Part shown: positions 1 through 10,946 of the stretch, piece after piece
Numbering within the stretch: position 1 is the first letter of the stretch
Layout of the letters: each line of letters begins with the position of its first letter
Source of the DNA: Eledone cirrhosa
Taxonomy: Eukaryota
Length of the DNA: 64,000 bases
NCBI GenBank assembly: GCA_964016885.1
Contig: OZ024741.1
Coordinates: 311,426,001-311,490,000 of the forward strand
Direction: 5' to 3'
Notes under the pieces: model-generated
The model's input: the letters and a program-made list of their open reading frames with translations, nothing else
What the model was told of the DNA's origin: nothing
The model's database searches: none
Translations under genes and position numbers: made by a program

Positions 1-650
1 CACTTTCAGACATCCATAACTACCCTCTTTCCTCTGGCTGTCCTATATTCAACAAATGTTGTACTGTGTTTTTTTCTTTGCAAACTTCTATTTTGCCCAG
101 CTTTTCTGTGGAATTTTTTATATACCACGCTATGATAATTTCTTCTGATTTAATGCTGTCTTGGCACCCCGTCAGTCCTCATCCTCTTCTTTCTTTTGGT
201 ACATATAATCTGTCTGTGTCACTCTTTGGGGAAAGTACCCCATATCTAGTCAATATCCTTCTTGTCTACCGCTCTATATAGTCCACATGATCGGCCCTGC
301 CCCGTATCTAAGGAGTGATGTCGCCCATGAATTGATAAATTCGATCTTATTCCTTCCATTCAGTTTCGACTTTAGAATAAGTCTCAGTCTGTGCACCTGT
401 TTCACGCTAAATTATTCTTTAATTTCCTGCTGCATTATTTTATCAACTTCCAATATCCATACGTACTAATAACCTTCCTCTTGTCTTTGCTCCATAACCT
501 TTCAAGATGCACGTACATTGATTCTGCAATTATTCCAGTCAATAATTTTCACATGTTGTCGGTCAGCAATTGTCCACCACATTTCCTTTAGTGAAATATT
601 TATGCAGACATGTGTCCCTCTCTTTCTCAGCTACTCCGGTATCACTTGGT
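1..650 (-). mobile_element. R4/Dong-like LINE fragment (second copy, RT core deleted)
   Basis: Minus-strand translation, with frameshifts, gives KLLTGIIAESMYVHLE (RT entry) joined almost directly to post-RT motifs RLRLILKSKLNGRNKI..INSWA..LLRYGAG and PKSDTDRLYVPKEE. Confidence 0.65.
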
Positions 651-689
651 CAGCATTTAGCTATATGATAAGTTGTTCAGTTATTCGTT

Positions 690-3600
690 CATGGCTTTGT
701 TCTGTTATTTTCTTGATCATTCACAGTGCTCCCACAATCACTGGTATTGTAACGGCCTTGAGGTGCCACATTTTGTTTCGATCAACTAGCAGATATTTAT
801 ATTTTGTTAGCTTGTCAAATTCTTTTGCCACGATATTATAATCACATGGGATGCTCATATCAATCAATAAACAGACCTTGGTATGTTGGTCGTTTATAAT
901 GATAGTTGATCTATTAGATTTCATGGTCCTGTCAGTATATACAGGAAAATCCCAAAGAATTTGTAATTCTTCTCTTTCAGTTACAGCCACAGGGTAGTGG
1001 TTGTCAGCAGCTTTGATTTTATAATGCCGACATAATACCCAATACAGATATTGTCCAACTCTCTCATGTCTATATTTGTACTCTACTGGGGCTAAAACTT
1101 TACATCTGGAAACTAGGTAGTCTACTGTTTCAAACTCAACATTGCAAAATCGGCACTTTGGATTTACTCCATTTCCCATCACATTGGCCTGGTAGTTCCT
1201 TGCCAGTAAGGTTTGATCTTGGGCAGGTACCCTGAAGCCTTCGCTCCCTGCTTTTAGCTCTGAATTACCTAGCCACTGATGGGAATGATTCTGGTCAATA
1301 TCAGCTTGTTTGCTACGGGCCACATATTTGCCATGCAAACGTTTCTGCTGCTTCTTTGCTGCTAATGGTTCTTGCCCATTTGCTTTTGCCATTAATTTTA
1401 TATGATTAGCAGCATCGGTTGCAACAGTTTCCTTAGTCTGTGCAACCTGGGGATCACGCATGAGATCAGTAGCGTATTTTATTATCTCCTTCAAGATATA
1501 ATGAAGCTTCTTACTTCCCTCATGTTTTTCAACAGATTTCAGTATACAGTCGTTTGTTGTTACAAGCTATTTGGTCAGTACAATAGTGGTGGTCTTGTAG
1601 GTAAGTTCAAATTGAATCAGGTCACGGCCTCCTTGAGCTCTAGGAAGGTAAATGCGATCCACATCTGCTTTCATGTTGTGCATCCTATTACAAGTCAGTA
1701 ACTTATGGATTTTTGTGTTAATTTTTTTATTTTACTCATATTCCAGTTCAACACACCGAGCATATAAGTGACAACTGGAACTACCAAGGAATTTATGAGT
1801 AACGCTTGTTATATGCATTTAGTTCTGATCTCAGACCTGCGCGTTCTCTCCTGTAACATTCCTTCCTTATCCTCTCTTTCATACTTGCATGCTGAATGCT
1901 ACAGCCCTCATTAATCCCTAGGAATTTATAGGTTTGTTCCTGCTCAAGTTCCTTTATGAATGTTTCAGCATCTAATTCGACTGAGTTTGATTTGACATGA
2001 TTCTCCTTCTTGAAAGTGGCTTTGGCACACTTATGAAGTTCAAACTCCATTCTGATGTCATCACTAAATCTTTTTACTGTCCGCAATGTCTCTGCAATAT
2101 AGCTTTAAATCGGCCATATAGAATAGGTGGCTTATTTTCTTGTTGGCAATTTTGTAACCATACCCTGTTCGATTATATTCAGATGTAAGGCGTATTGAAG
2201 CTATCCAAAAGAGTTGGGCCAAAAGTGAGTTACTTTGGAAAATGCCACATTTGGTGATTATATTGTTAGAACTTTAGTACTCCATTGGAATGATATAATT
2301 GGAAGTTTGTGTTCCACAATGACACATAGTGTTTTAGGAAATTTGAAATCACAGGTGAGATTTTAAAGTTGTCCAGTGATTTTAGAATCCATGAGGGCGG
2401 TATGCTGTCAAAAGCTTTTTTGTAAATGATCCATGGGAAACAGATCTCTGCGCTTATTAAGATATTTCTCAAGGAAAGCCAGAAATTTGGCACCCTGTCT
2501 CTACAGGGAGATTTCCACGTATGAGCTTTATTGAGTGTCATCCTTAAGTCTGCTATAGAGATGCAATCCCATGCTTGTTCTTGTAAATTTGTGTAGGATT
2601 TTCCCAAGCGACTAATCCAATCTACATTAGCATTATATGACTTCTCATCACTCCAAATCTTTCTCCAAAAGTTTTCAACTTCTATGGAAGGGGAGTCTTC
2701 AATAATTATTTTCTCCTTCCCTCTTTCTCTATAAAATGACTTCGCATTGGATGTGAATAATTTATTTTGCCGGAAGAAGTTCTTTCGCTTCTCGAATCTA
2801 CGAATTCGTTGGGTTTTCACTTGGTCTTTTTACGTCAGAGTTTCCTTTGTTTATATTAATACTTCTCTAGAAGAAAGTGCATACTTTCTCTTTAGCTTTC
2901 TTCCCTTCCTGGATCTTATATCATTTCTAGTGATTAGCTCATTCAGTAAAGATATTTCCCCCTCATTAGGTTAATCTCGTTTTCAATTCTACTTCTCCAA
3001 ATTGGTTTACTTCTCAAGTTAGACTTTCTTTGTTTTTTTGGTGGTAAACAACTTGTTTCAATTACTCTAGCAGATGCATAAATGATTTCATTTTAACTCG
3101 GTAAGATTAGGTTCTAATTCATCTATGATTTCTTTTGTTAAAGAGTTACTAATTATAATTTGCTTTGGATTGTATTTGGGAGTTTTTAAAGTGATTCTCT
3201 ATCATTTCTACTAGTCTTACAACCTGAAGCTCATTCAGTATTTTCTGTTTCAATTCCTTCATAGACTCTCGGTGTTCTTCAGAAAAATGTTTGGTCTTCA
3301 AGTACTCTTTCTTTGCTCCATTCCTACCTATTTTCAGCAAGTTCAATAGGACTTCTCATTTCTACAAACCTATTTGAAATGTGTCAGATGGTTGTCTTTC
3401 GATAAAGACTTGTGACTGGTTACTATCTCCAGGAGATTCTTCAGTTTTTTCATGAATTATATATATGTCATTCTCCACAGCTTGCTTGATCGCAGTTATT
3501 TCAGTATCTGTGAGTATATTATTTCTGAAAATATCCGTCCCGACATTTGCTAACTTATTTTCATCCAGATAACGTCTGCTAGCTTGATTTCGTGTTTTCC

Positions 3601-3950
3601 AAATTTTGTGATGGCTTATCTAATGCATAGTAATATGCGTATATTACTTATTTATACATATCTCGGGTTCATTTCATCTTTTTATATTTTCCTTTTGAAG
3701 TGTCTTTGGTGGGGGAGCTGGGGAGGGAGGTAGCTGGGAAGGGGGAGCTTGAGTTGGGACATCCTCCGTTCAAGTGAACATCTAGGAGAAGAGTTTGTGC
3801 CAGAGGAAGACGTTTCCATCTGACGTTGGCACCTTCCTGAAGTAAGTGCTTTCTGATTAACCATAGGCCAAGCAATTTGGTGTTCTGTATTAATTTTTAT
3901 TTGTTTCCCACAATTCATGCTTGCGTTACCGATGGAGTTGATAGTCCTTG
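690..3950 (-). mobile_element. R4/Dong-like non-LTR retrotransposon (RT + CCHC knuckle + restriction-like endonuclease), degraded
   Basis: ORF pieces 2266-2820 (RRFEKRKNFFRQNKLF, WKSPCRDRVPNFW, YKKAFDSIP), 1793-2086 (FSDDIRMEF..KCAK, YKFLGI) and 721-1494 (CRFC...ETVDYLVSRC, RH, LWDFPVYTDR, LIDMSIP, KLTKY). An N-terminal KMK(W)TRDMY..IYAYYY-like motif lies near 3630-3690. Confidence 0.85.
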
Positions 3951-4409
3951 GAATGTTGCCCGGCAATGCCGGGTAGTGCATTGGGTAGCTATCAGTGAAA
4001 TCATTATCACCATTGTAACAACAATATAGTTATGGCCATTACAATTGTTGATTGAGGTGATGTGATGGTTGCCGCTGTAAGATGTTTTTGAGAATTTTCT
4101 CAACTGTTCCTGTGGTAAGAGTGGTGTTGGTGGTGGTAGCGGGGAGATTGATGTTGGAGGTGAGGGTTTTGAGAGTGGTAGGGGGAGGGTCGCATTCTAG
4201 CTTATTGGAGTTGTTTCTCCTTCGTTATATTTTGTTTTGTATTTTATAGTCTTATTGTTGTTGTTGTTGTTGTTGTTGAGTGTGAGGTATAAACGGTTGA
4301 ATAGTAGTTTTTAGTTTGTTGTTGCATTTGCGAACGATGTCTAATTCAACACAGACTGATGCATATTCGTACACACATTTATATATATATATATATATAT
4401 ATATTCATA

Positions 4410-5906
4410 TATATACATAAGATGGAAGATATATGTCTGTGTGTGTGTATGATTTTTATGCGTTTCCACATTTCTCTACCGATTTTGATGATTTTCTTTT
4501 TCCAATGTGCTCCACATTTAGCAACGATGGTCAATGCGTAATAAACATTGCCAAAGATTTCCTGTTTCTATGAAGAAAATCGATAAAAATCAATACATGC
4601 TGTAACGCTCTCTCTTACATGCTTAATCCCTCCCTCTACTACCCTCAACAATCTATGAAACTACATACATGTTGCAACTCTCTTTAAAAGGTCCATCCCT
4701 CCTTCTAATTCCCTCTCAATCTCCTCTGCAACTCTCTTTAAAACGTTAATGCCTCCCTCTACTACCCTATCACCATTACAGTTTACAGCAGCGACAAAAT
4801 TTCGTTTAGGAACGCGACATAAACTTTGAAAATTAAGCAACACATCAATTCATACATCAACAAGCATAGCTTTACTCTCTCCGTCGCTCTTAGCTCTCTC
4901 TATAATAGATTATTCCCCCTCTCTATAATTTAACTGCTTTACTCTCTTCATGCTTTGATTTGTAATACCTCTTCACTCTCTATATGACAACACTGTTTTA
5001 CACACCGCCCTATAGTTTCTTAGATTTATTCTCTCCGTCGCTCTTCCCGCTCTCTATAATAGATTATTACCCCTTTCTATAATTTAATTGCTGTGGGAGT
5101 CATTCGAGTTCTGTATTGACATACGGCTTTTCTATGGCATTTTAAATCGGCATTTTGCAAATAACAACCCTCAAAATAACACTTCATATAACAGATTAAT
5201 AATATAGACAGATGAATCGGAATGTTTAAATTATTTATTTTTTACGACTTTAATTGGTTAAATATTAATATGACAACAACCATAGTGTTGTACTTCTGGC
5301 AATTCTGCCGAATACATTGCCAAGGATGAACATTTTCCCCTCGGCGTCAGATATCCCGTTCGATTTCCGGCGATCCCAATTCCCGGTGTGACAATGTTTT
5401 GCCATGTCCATTAACAAGTCACAAGGTCAAATATTGTCGGTGGCGCGCAGCCATTTGGCTAAGCCATGCTTCTCCCATGGCCAACTTTATGTTGCCTGTT
5501 CCCGCGTAGGGAGCCGGAATGGACTTTTTGCTTACACTCCTCAAGTGATGACACGCAATATCGTCTACAAAGAGGTGCTATAGATGTTGGTGCAGGTGTT
5601 GGAGTTGCTGGAGCTATGCCGTCTGGAAAACTATTTCCTGGTAGGGTCATCCATGGCGGACAGATCTGACACCCAGCGGCATCAGGTCCACCATCTTGCA
5701 ACTTTGGTCCCCTAAATTCGCTATTGGAAGATTATTAAGCCATCATTGATTGTCCAAAATGCTAATTGGTTCGTAACTTTTAATAACCGGTTCAACTGCT
5801 TTATGCATTTAATTGATAAGCTTATTCGCTTTCAAGCCACGTTTACCTGTATATAACTTTTCATAGCAAATAAACAAACCCTAGCAACGTCGGGCTAAAC
5901 TATTTA

Positions 5907-5907
<1 letters not shown>
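4410..5907 (+). mobile_element. Helitron deletion derivative
   Basis: Starts next to (TA)n with a GTCTGTGTGT/CCGATTTTGATG-type 5' end, carries a helicase remnant, and ends in a degenerate 3' hairpin (CCTAGCAACGTCGGG) plus TTAG-T. Confidence 0.7.
5317..5583 (+). pseudogene. PIF1-like Helitron helicase C-terminus (one in-frame stop at 5389)
   Basis: Manual translation: LPRMNIFPSASDIPFDFRRSQFPV*QCFAMSINKSQGQILSV...CFSHGQLYVACSRVGS...TRNIVYKEVL*, matching SF1 helicase motifs V/VI of Helitron RepHel proteins. Confidence 0.92.
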
Positions 5908-5953
<46 letters not shown>

Positions 5954-5955
5954 AA

Positions 5956-6100
5956 CTAGTAGGACCCCGACGGCTGAGCTCAACCCGTTTCGACGGCTAA
6001 TTCTGGACTAAAAAAAAGGGGTCCTACTCGATCCTATTACCCACTCTACTACCCTAAGTATTGAGTACTTTGGTGCGTTATGGTCCACCTGGTTCCTTAC
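5956..6100 (-). mobile_element. Helitron-like 3' end fragment (family shared with 53570-53616)
   Basis: CTAGTAGGACCCCGACGGCTGAGCTCAACCCGTTTCGACGGC is the near reverse complement of GCTGTCGAAACGGGCGGAGCTCAGCCGTCGGGTTCCTGACTA at about 53575; a GC-rich terminus followed by CTAG. Confidence 0.5.
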
Positions 6101-6113
6101 CACATTTCCTTCG

Positions 6114-6174
<61 letters not shown>

Positions 6175-6591
6175 ATATATAACGAGGAAGCAGTGATGCA
6201 TCCAAACACAAATTATTAAGGTATTACGTATGTTTCTCAGAGAGGATCTATTACAGATTGAACCTGACTCTGCATTCGCAAAGTCCTCAGATATATTTAG
6301 CGCTTTCAAAGCATTTCATCCGATTGAAACCATTCGATCCGTTCCATTGCAACAATTGACATCACACTCTCGATACGGCCTTTCCATTGGTTTAGAATTT
6401 CAAGCGTCACCGCGCTCTTTTGACCAGTCAAATACGTTCATTGTCTGCAGCTATGCAAACGTGGTCAGCAAATTACTAATATGTGGACGCAAGCGTATAG
6501 ATATATCTACCACCACCCATGTCTACGCATACACAGATACACACACACACATACGTATGTGTACATACATACACACACCCATACACGCACG

Positions 6592-6636
<45 letters not shown>

Positions 6637-6977
6637 ACACATACATACATACAAATACACACACATGCATATATCTATATATCTTTATACGCACACGCAC
6701 GTATATATACCAAATATAAATACATGGGTTTAAAAAGAATGATATAATTATACTTATTTATTTATTTAATATTTTTAATATATATTTTAAATATATGGAA
6801 GTATTTATAATATTTAGATGAGAATTATAATGTATTGCATTATATTATAAACTATTAATTGATTAAATCAATTACAATATAATATGTGAATGAAATATAC
6901 AATGTATTTACATATACGAGTGGATATATTTTTCGCATATACTTTAATATTATGAGTGTAGTTATAAATATAATGTA

Positions 6978-7077
6978 CTAGCTGTCCCGTCCGGCTTGCG
7001 ACCGGTTAGGTATATCTGCCCCCAGCACTCCATTGCAAAGATACCACACACCCTCCCGTGTCACATTTTCCTTCCGA

Positions 7078-7111
<34 letters not shown>

Positions 7112-7539
7112 GAATAACTATTACTTCAATTGTATCTCTCTCTGTCTAACGGCCTATCTCTCTCTTTTCTCCTCCCTCTGTTTCCTGCCTCTCTCTCTGT
7201 AGATGTGTGCGTGTAGTTTTCCTAATCTTTCTCTAAATCTTTCTCTGTGTCTCTGTCTCTCTCTATCTCTCTCTCTCTCTATGTGTGTATATATTGAAGG
7301 GACATACGGAAACTAAAACAGTCTTGTCATATAGAGAGTGAAGAGCGACAGTGAGAGTAATGCAGTTAAATTATAGAGAGGGGGAATGATCTTACATACA
7401 TACATACATACATACATATAAAGTATAGATATGTATGTGTGTGTGTGTTTGTGTATGTGTGTATATGCATGTGTGTGTATGTGTGTTTTGTTTTGATGTT
7501 ATCCGGCAATTGGCGGAATCAGGTGTGAAAGTATGTTTA

Positions 7540-7593
<54 letters not shown>

Positions 7594-8167
7594 TGTTACT
7601 TATGCGAGCGACGACAGATGAATGATATACGACGGAAATTATTTATTAAAAAATTATTTTAATGCCGATACTTGAAAAACCGTCATTGGACATTTGGTCA
7701 CATGTTGCCCCCCCCCCCATCCCCTCTCTGAATAACTAACACTATAATTGTTTCTCTCTGTCTAACGGCCTATCTCTCTTTTTCCACTCCCTCTGTGTTT
7801 ATGTCTCTCTCTGTAGATGTCTGTTTGTATTTTTCCTAATCTTTCTCTAAATCTCTCTCTGTAACTCTCTCTCTCTCTATGTGTATATATTGAAGGGAGA
7901 TACGGAAACTAAAACAGTGTTGTCATATGGAGAGTGAACAGCGACAGAGAGAGTAAAGCAGTTATATTATAGAAAGGAGCAATGATATATTATAGAGAGA
8001 GGGACGTGTGACAGAGAGAGTAAAGCAGTTAAATTATAGAGAGGTGGAATGATCTATTATAGAGATAGGGAAGAACGACGGAGAGAGTAAAGCTAAGAAA
8101 CTATATGGCGGTATGAAGGATACATACACAGCATAATACATATATACGACGCTCAGCTCTGTCTCTT

Positions 8168-8223
<56 letters not shown>

Positions 8224-8560
8224 CCCCCCCCCTCTATGTGTATATATAGTTTTCCTAATCTTTCTCTAAATCTCTCTCTCTGTGTATATATTGAAGGGAG
8301 TTACGGAAACTAAACCGGTGTTGTCATATAGAGAGTTAAGGGCGACAGAGAGAGTAAAGCTGTTAAATTATAGAGACATACATATATACGACCGTCAGCG
8401 TTATAAGTATAGATGTGTGTGTGTGTGCGTGTGTGTGTGTATGTGTATGTGTGTTTGTGTATGTGTGTATGTGCATGTGTGTGTCTGTGTGTTTTGTTTT
8501 GATGTTATCCGGCAATTGGCGAAATCAGGTGTGAAAGTATGTGTATTTGAGTGCGCGCGC

Positions 8561-8613
<53 letters not shown>

Positions 8614-8862
8614 TGTGTGTGAGTGTTACTTATGCGAGCGACGACAGATATTTGAAGGGAGATACGGAAACTAAAACAGTGTTGTCATATAGAGAGTGAA
8701 GAGTGACAGGGAGAGTAAAGCAGTTAAATTATAGAGAGGGGGAATGATCTATTATAGAGAGAGCGGGAGCGACGGAGAGAGTAAAGCTATGAAACTATAG
8801 GGAGGTGTGTAGGATACATACATACATAATACATACGACACTCAGCTTTATAATATTACAGA
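6978..8862 (-). mobile_element. Non-autonomous Helitron with internal tandem duplications and microsatellites
   Basis: On the minus strand, a 5' TC(TGTAATATTATAAAGCTGAGTGTC) start and a 3' CCGG-hairpin + CTAG end sit between host A|T. Blocks at 7290, 7880, 8285 and 8650 repeat internally. Confidence 0.7.
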
Positions 8863-8958
8863 TTGTAGTATAAGACATTGCTATATATCGTTATTTAAAA
8901 AATAAATAACTATTTATTACATAAATGATTACGCGTGAATATAGATCTTATTTAAGTA

Positions 8959-10035
8959 TTAGCTGGCCCGTCTGGCTTTCGCCCAGCTAGGTATACCAGC
9001 ATTTTATATTTTCAGGATTCCCCCTCCACTCCAGTGCAATGATACCGATCGCCCTCTCAAATCAGTGTGGTGTGTGTGTGTGTGGGGGGGGGGGGGGGCT
9101 GTAACATGCTCTGATATTGGTTTTAATAGTTTTTAGGATTCCCCAGTTCAGCAGCCAGTACGTTAAAGAAAATTGATAGTTACAACAACAAAGGTCGAAC
9201 AGAGAACACATTTTTTAACATACTTTACAATAATTTGTACAACCATAATGCAAATTCCAAGTAACAGAAAATACGTAAATTACGTTGTTAGAGCCTCAGA
9301 GTATATAATATCTTTTGTTCGGCCCCCGGGAGCAAAGATGAAAAGATTGTTTGGTTAGCTCACCCTAGAGCATCCTACATACAATTGACCATGGGAGAAG
9401 CATGATTTTCCCAGATGAAGGCCAGCCAATTTTAGGGTTTGACCCTGAGCTTTGTTGATGGAATCGCGAAGTTTAGTCTCTCTGTTGCTCTAGTAACATT
9501 TTTTTCTTCTGGAAAATATGATCTTGCGGCTAGGCTGGGACTTTTTCGATGACATATCGGCAGTAACAATGACGATAAGCCGCCTGTGAAATCAATTTGT
9601 GAACGCAGAAGTAAATATTTCGTAAAACAGTGCAACCGAAGTAAAACAGGAAGACGATACTTTGGTTAGTGAAGACAGACATATATTATAGGCGTGCGAC
9701 GTTACAGCTATGTATCTAAAGCAGGCACCAGGCATACATAGACATATTTTAAGGGCGCGACGTTATAGCTATGTATCTATCTAAAAAGGCAGACTAAGAA
9801 AGAGAGGGGAATGTCGTATAACCGGAAGTGTTGACATTTGAACATTTTAAAGAAGTTAATATTTAAATAAACGATAAAATATCTTTAATCTTTTAACGAA
9901 ATTTAGAAGACAAAGATACTCTCACTTTCCTACTTGGTAAAAGTTACTTCTATGGTGCAAACCTGGTGCTGTTTGGTGCAGACGTTTGGCGAAAGATTTG
10001 TTACATACGTACGGCCGTCAGATTCATAATATAGA
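8959..10035 (-). mobile_element. Non-autonomous Helitron related to 6978-8862
   Basis: Similar 3' end (TAGCTGGCCCGTCTGGCTTTCGCCCAG..GGTATA; CACTCCAGTGCAATGATACC) and a TC-TATATTATGAATC 5' end on the minus strand. Confidence 0.6.
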
Positions 10036-10532
10036 TATATATATATAGACATAGAATTATAAATGAGCGTAAGATAAATCAAGTAATAATATATGTGCAT
10101 GTTATACATATACTTTAAGAATGTGAAAGTAATTATATTTTTTTATGTAAAGATATATAGTATCATGCATAATCTATTATTGCATATGGTTAGTAAAACG
10201 GCTCTTTTCAGTTTTACCGTTATCCTCATTAGCTTCAGTGTTGAAAATTTATACATCTCTATTCACTATCCTCACTGAATTTATAACATTAATTTCACGT
10301 GAAGAAATGTCAGTATCTTAACACCAATTATTACATTTTATCTAACGAAAGCATAGTTAAATATTAGTACTATTGAAATACGTATAATAAAATAAATATG
10401 GTTTTATAAAGATATTTTCCATTTATTAATATTATTGATATTAATGATACTCCAGATAAATATTGTTGAGTGCTTCTAATCTGTCGTAAAATTAACTTTG
10501 TTGAATAATAAACGAACCAAATGACTCATTGT

Positions 10533-10581
<49 letters not shown>

Positions 10582-10787
10582 TGTTTCCTCCCTTTACGTA
10601 GCTTCAACCTTCGTGTCTGTTTACATGTTTTTCTCCCCTCCCCCCATTTTTATCCCCAAAGCTCATTTTAGTTATTGTTCGCCCTAGGCTGGGGTATCTT
10701 GTCTGGAACGCGAAGAAATACCTATGATTCCTAGCAGACAACTGACGATGAATATTCCTCTCTTTCGCCATAAGTTTTCTTTTTCTT

Positions 10788-10855
<68 letters not shown>

Positions 10856-10892
10856 GAAAATAAACCAAAGAAGCCTTTAATACATCAAAAGT

Positions 10893-10946
10893 CTTTATTA
10901 GCCAACAATGTTTCGTCCTATTAAGGACTCATCAGGGCAATTAAAG
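10893..10946 (-). ncRNA. Minimal type I hammerhead ribozyme (PLE1 3' end)
   Basis: Minus strand: CTTTAATTGCC-CTGATGA-GTCC-TTAATA-GGAC-GAA-AC-ATT-GT-T-GGCTAATAAAG. Core intact; stems I, II and III pair; GUU triplet. Confidence 0.85.

Noticed and set aside
6097-8674. YIYI, CVCV and HTHT ORFs here and at 49-53 kb and 58.7 kb
   Set aside because: Translations of dinucleotide microsatellites.
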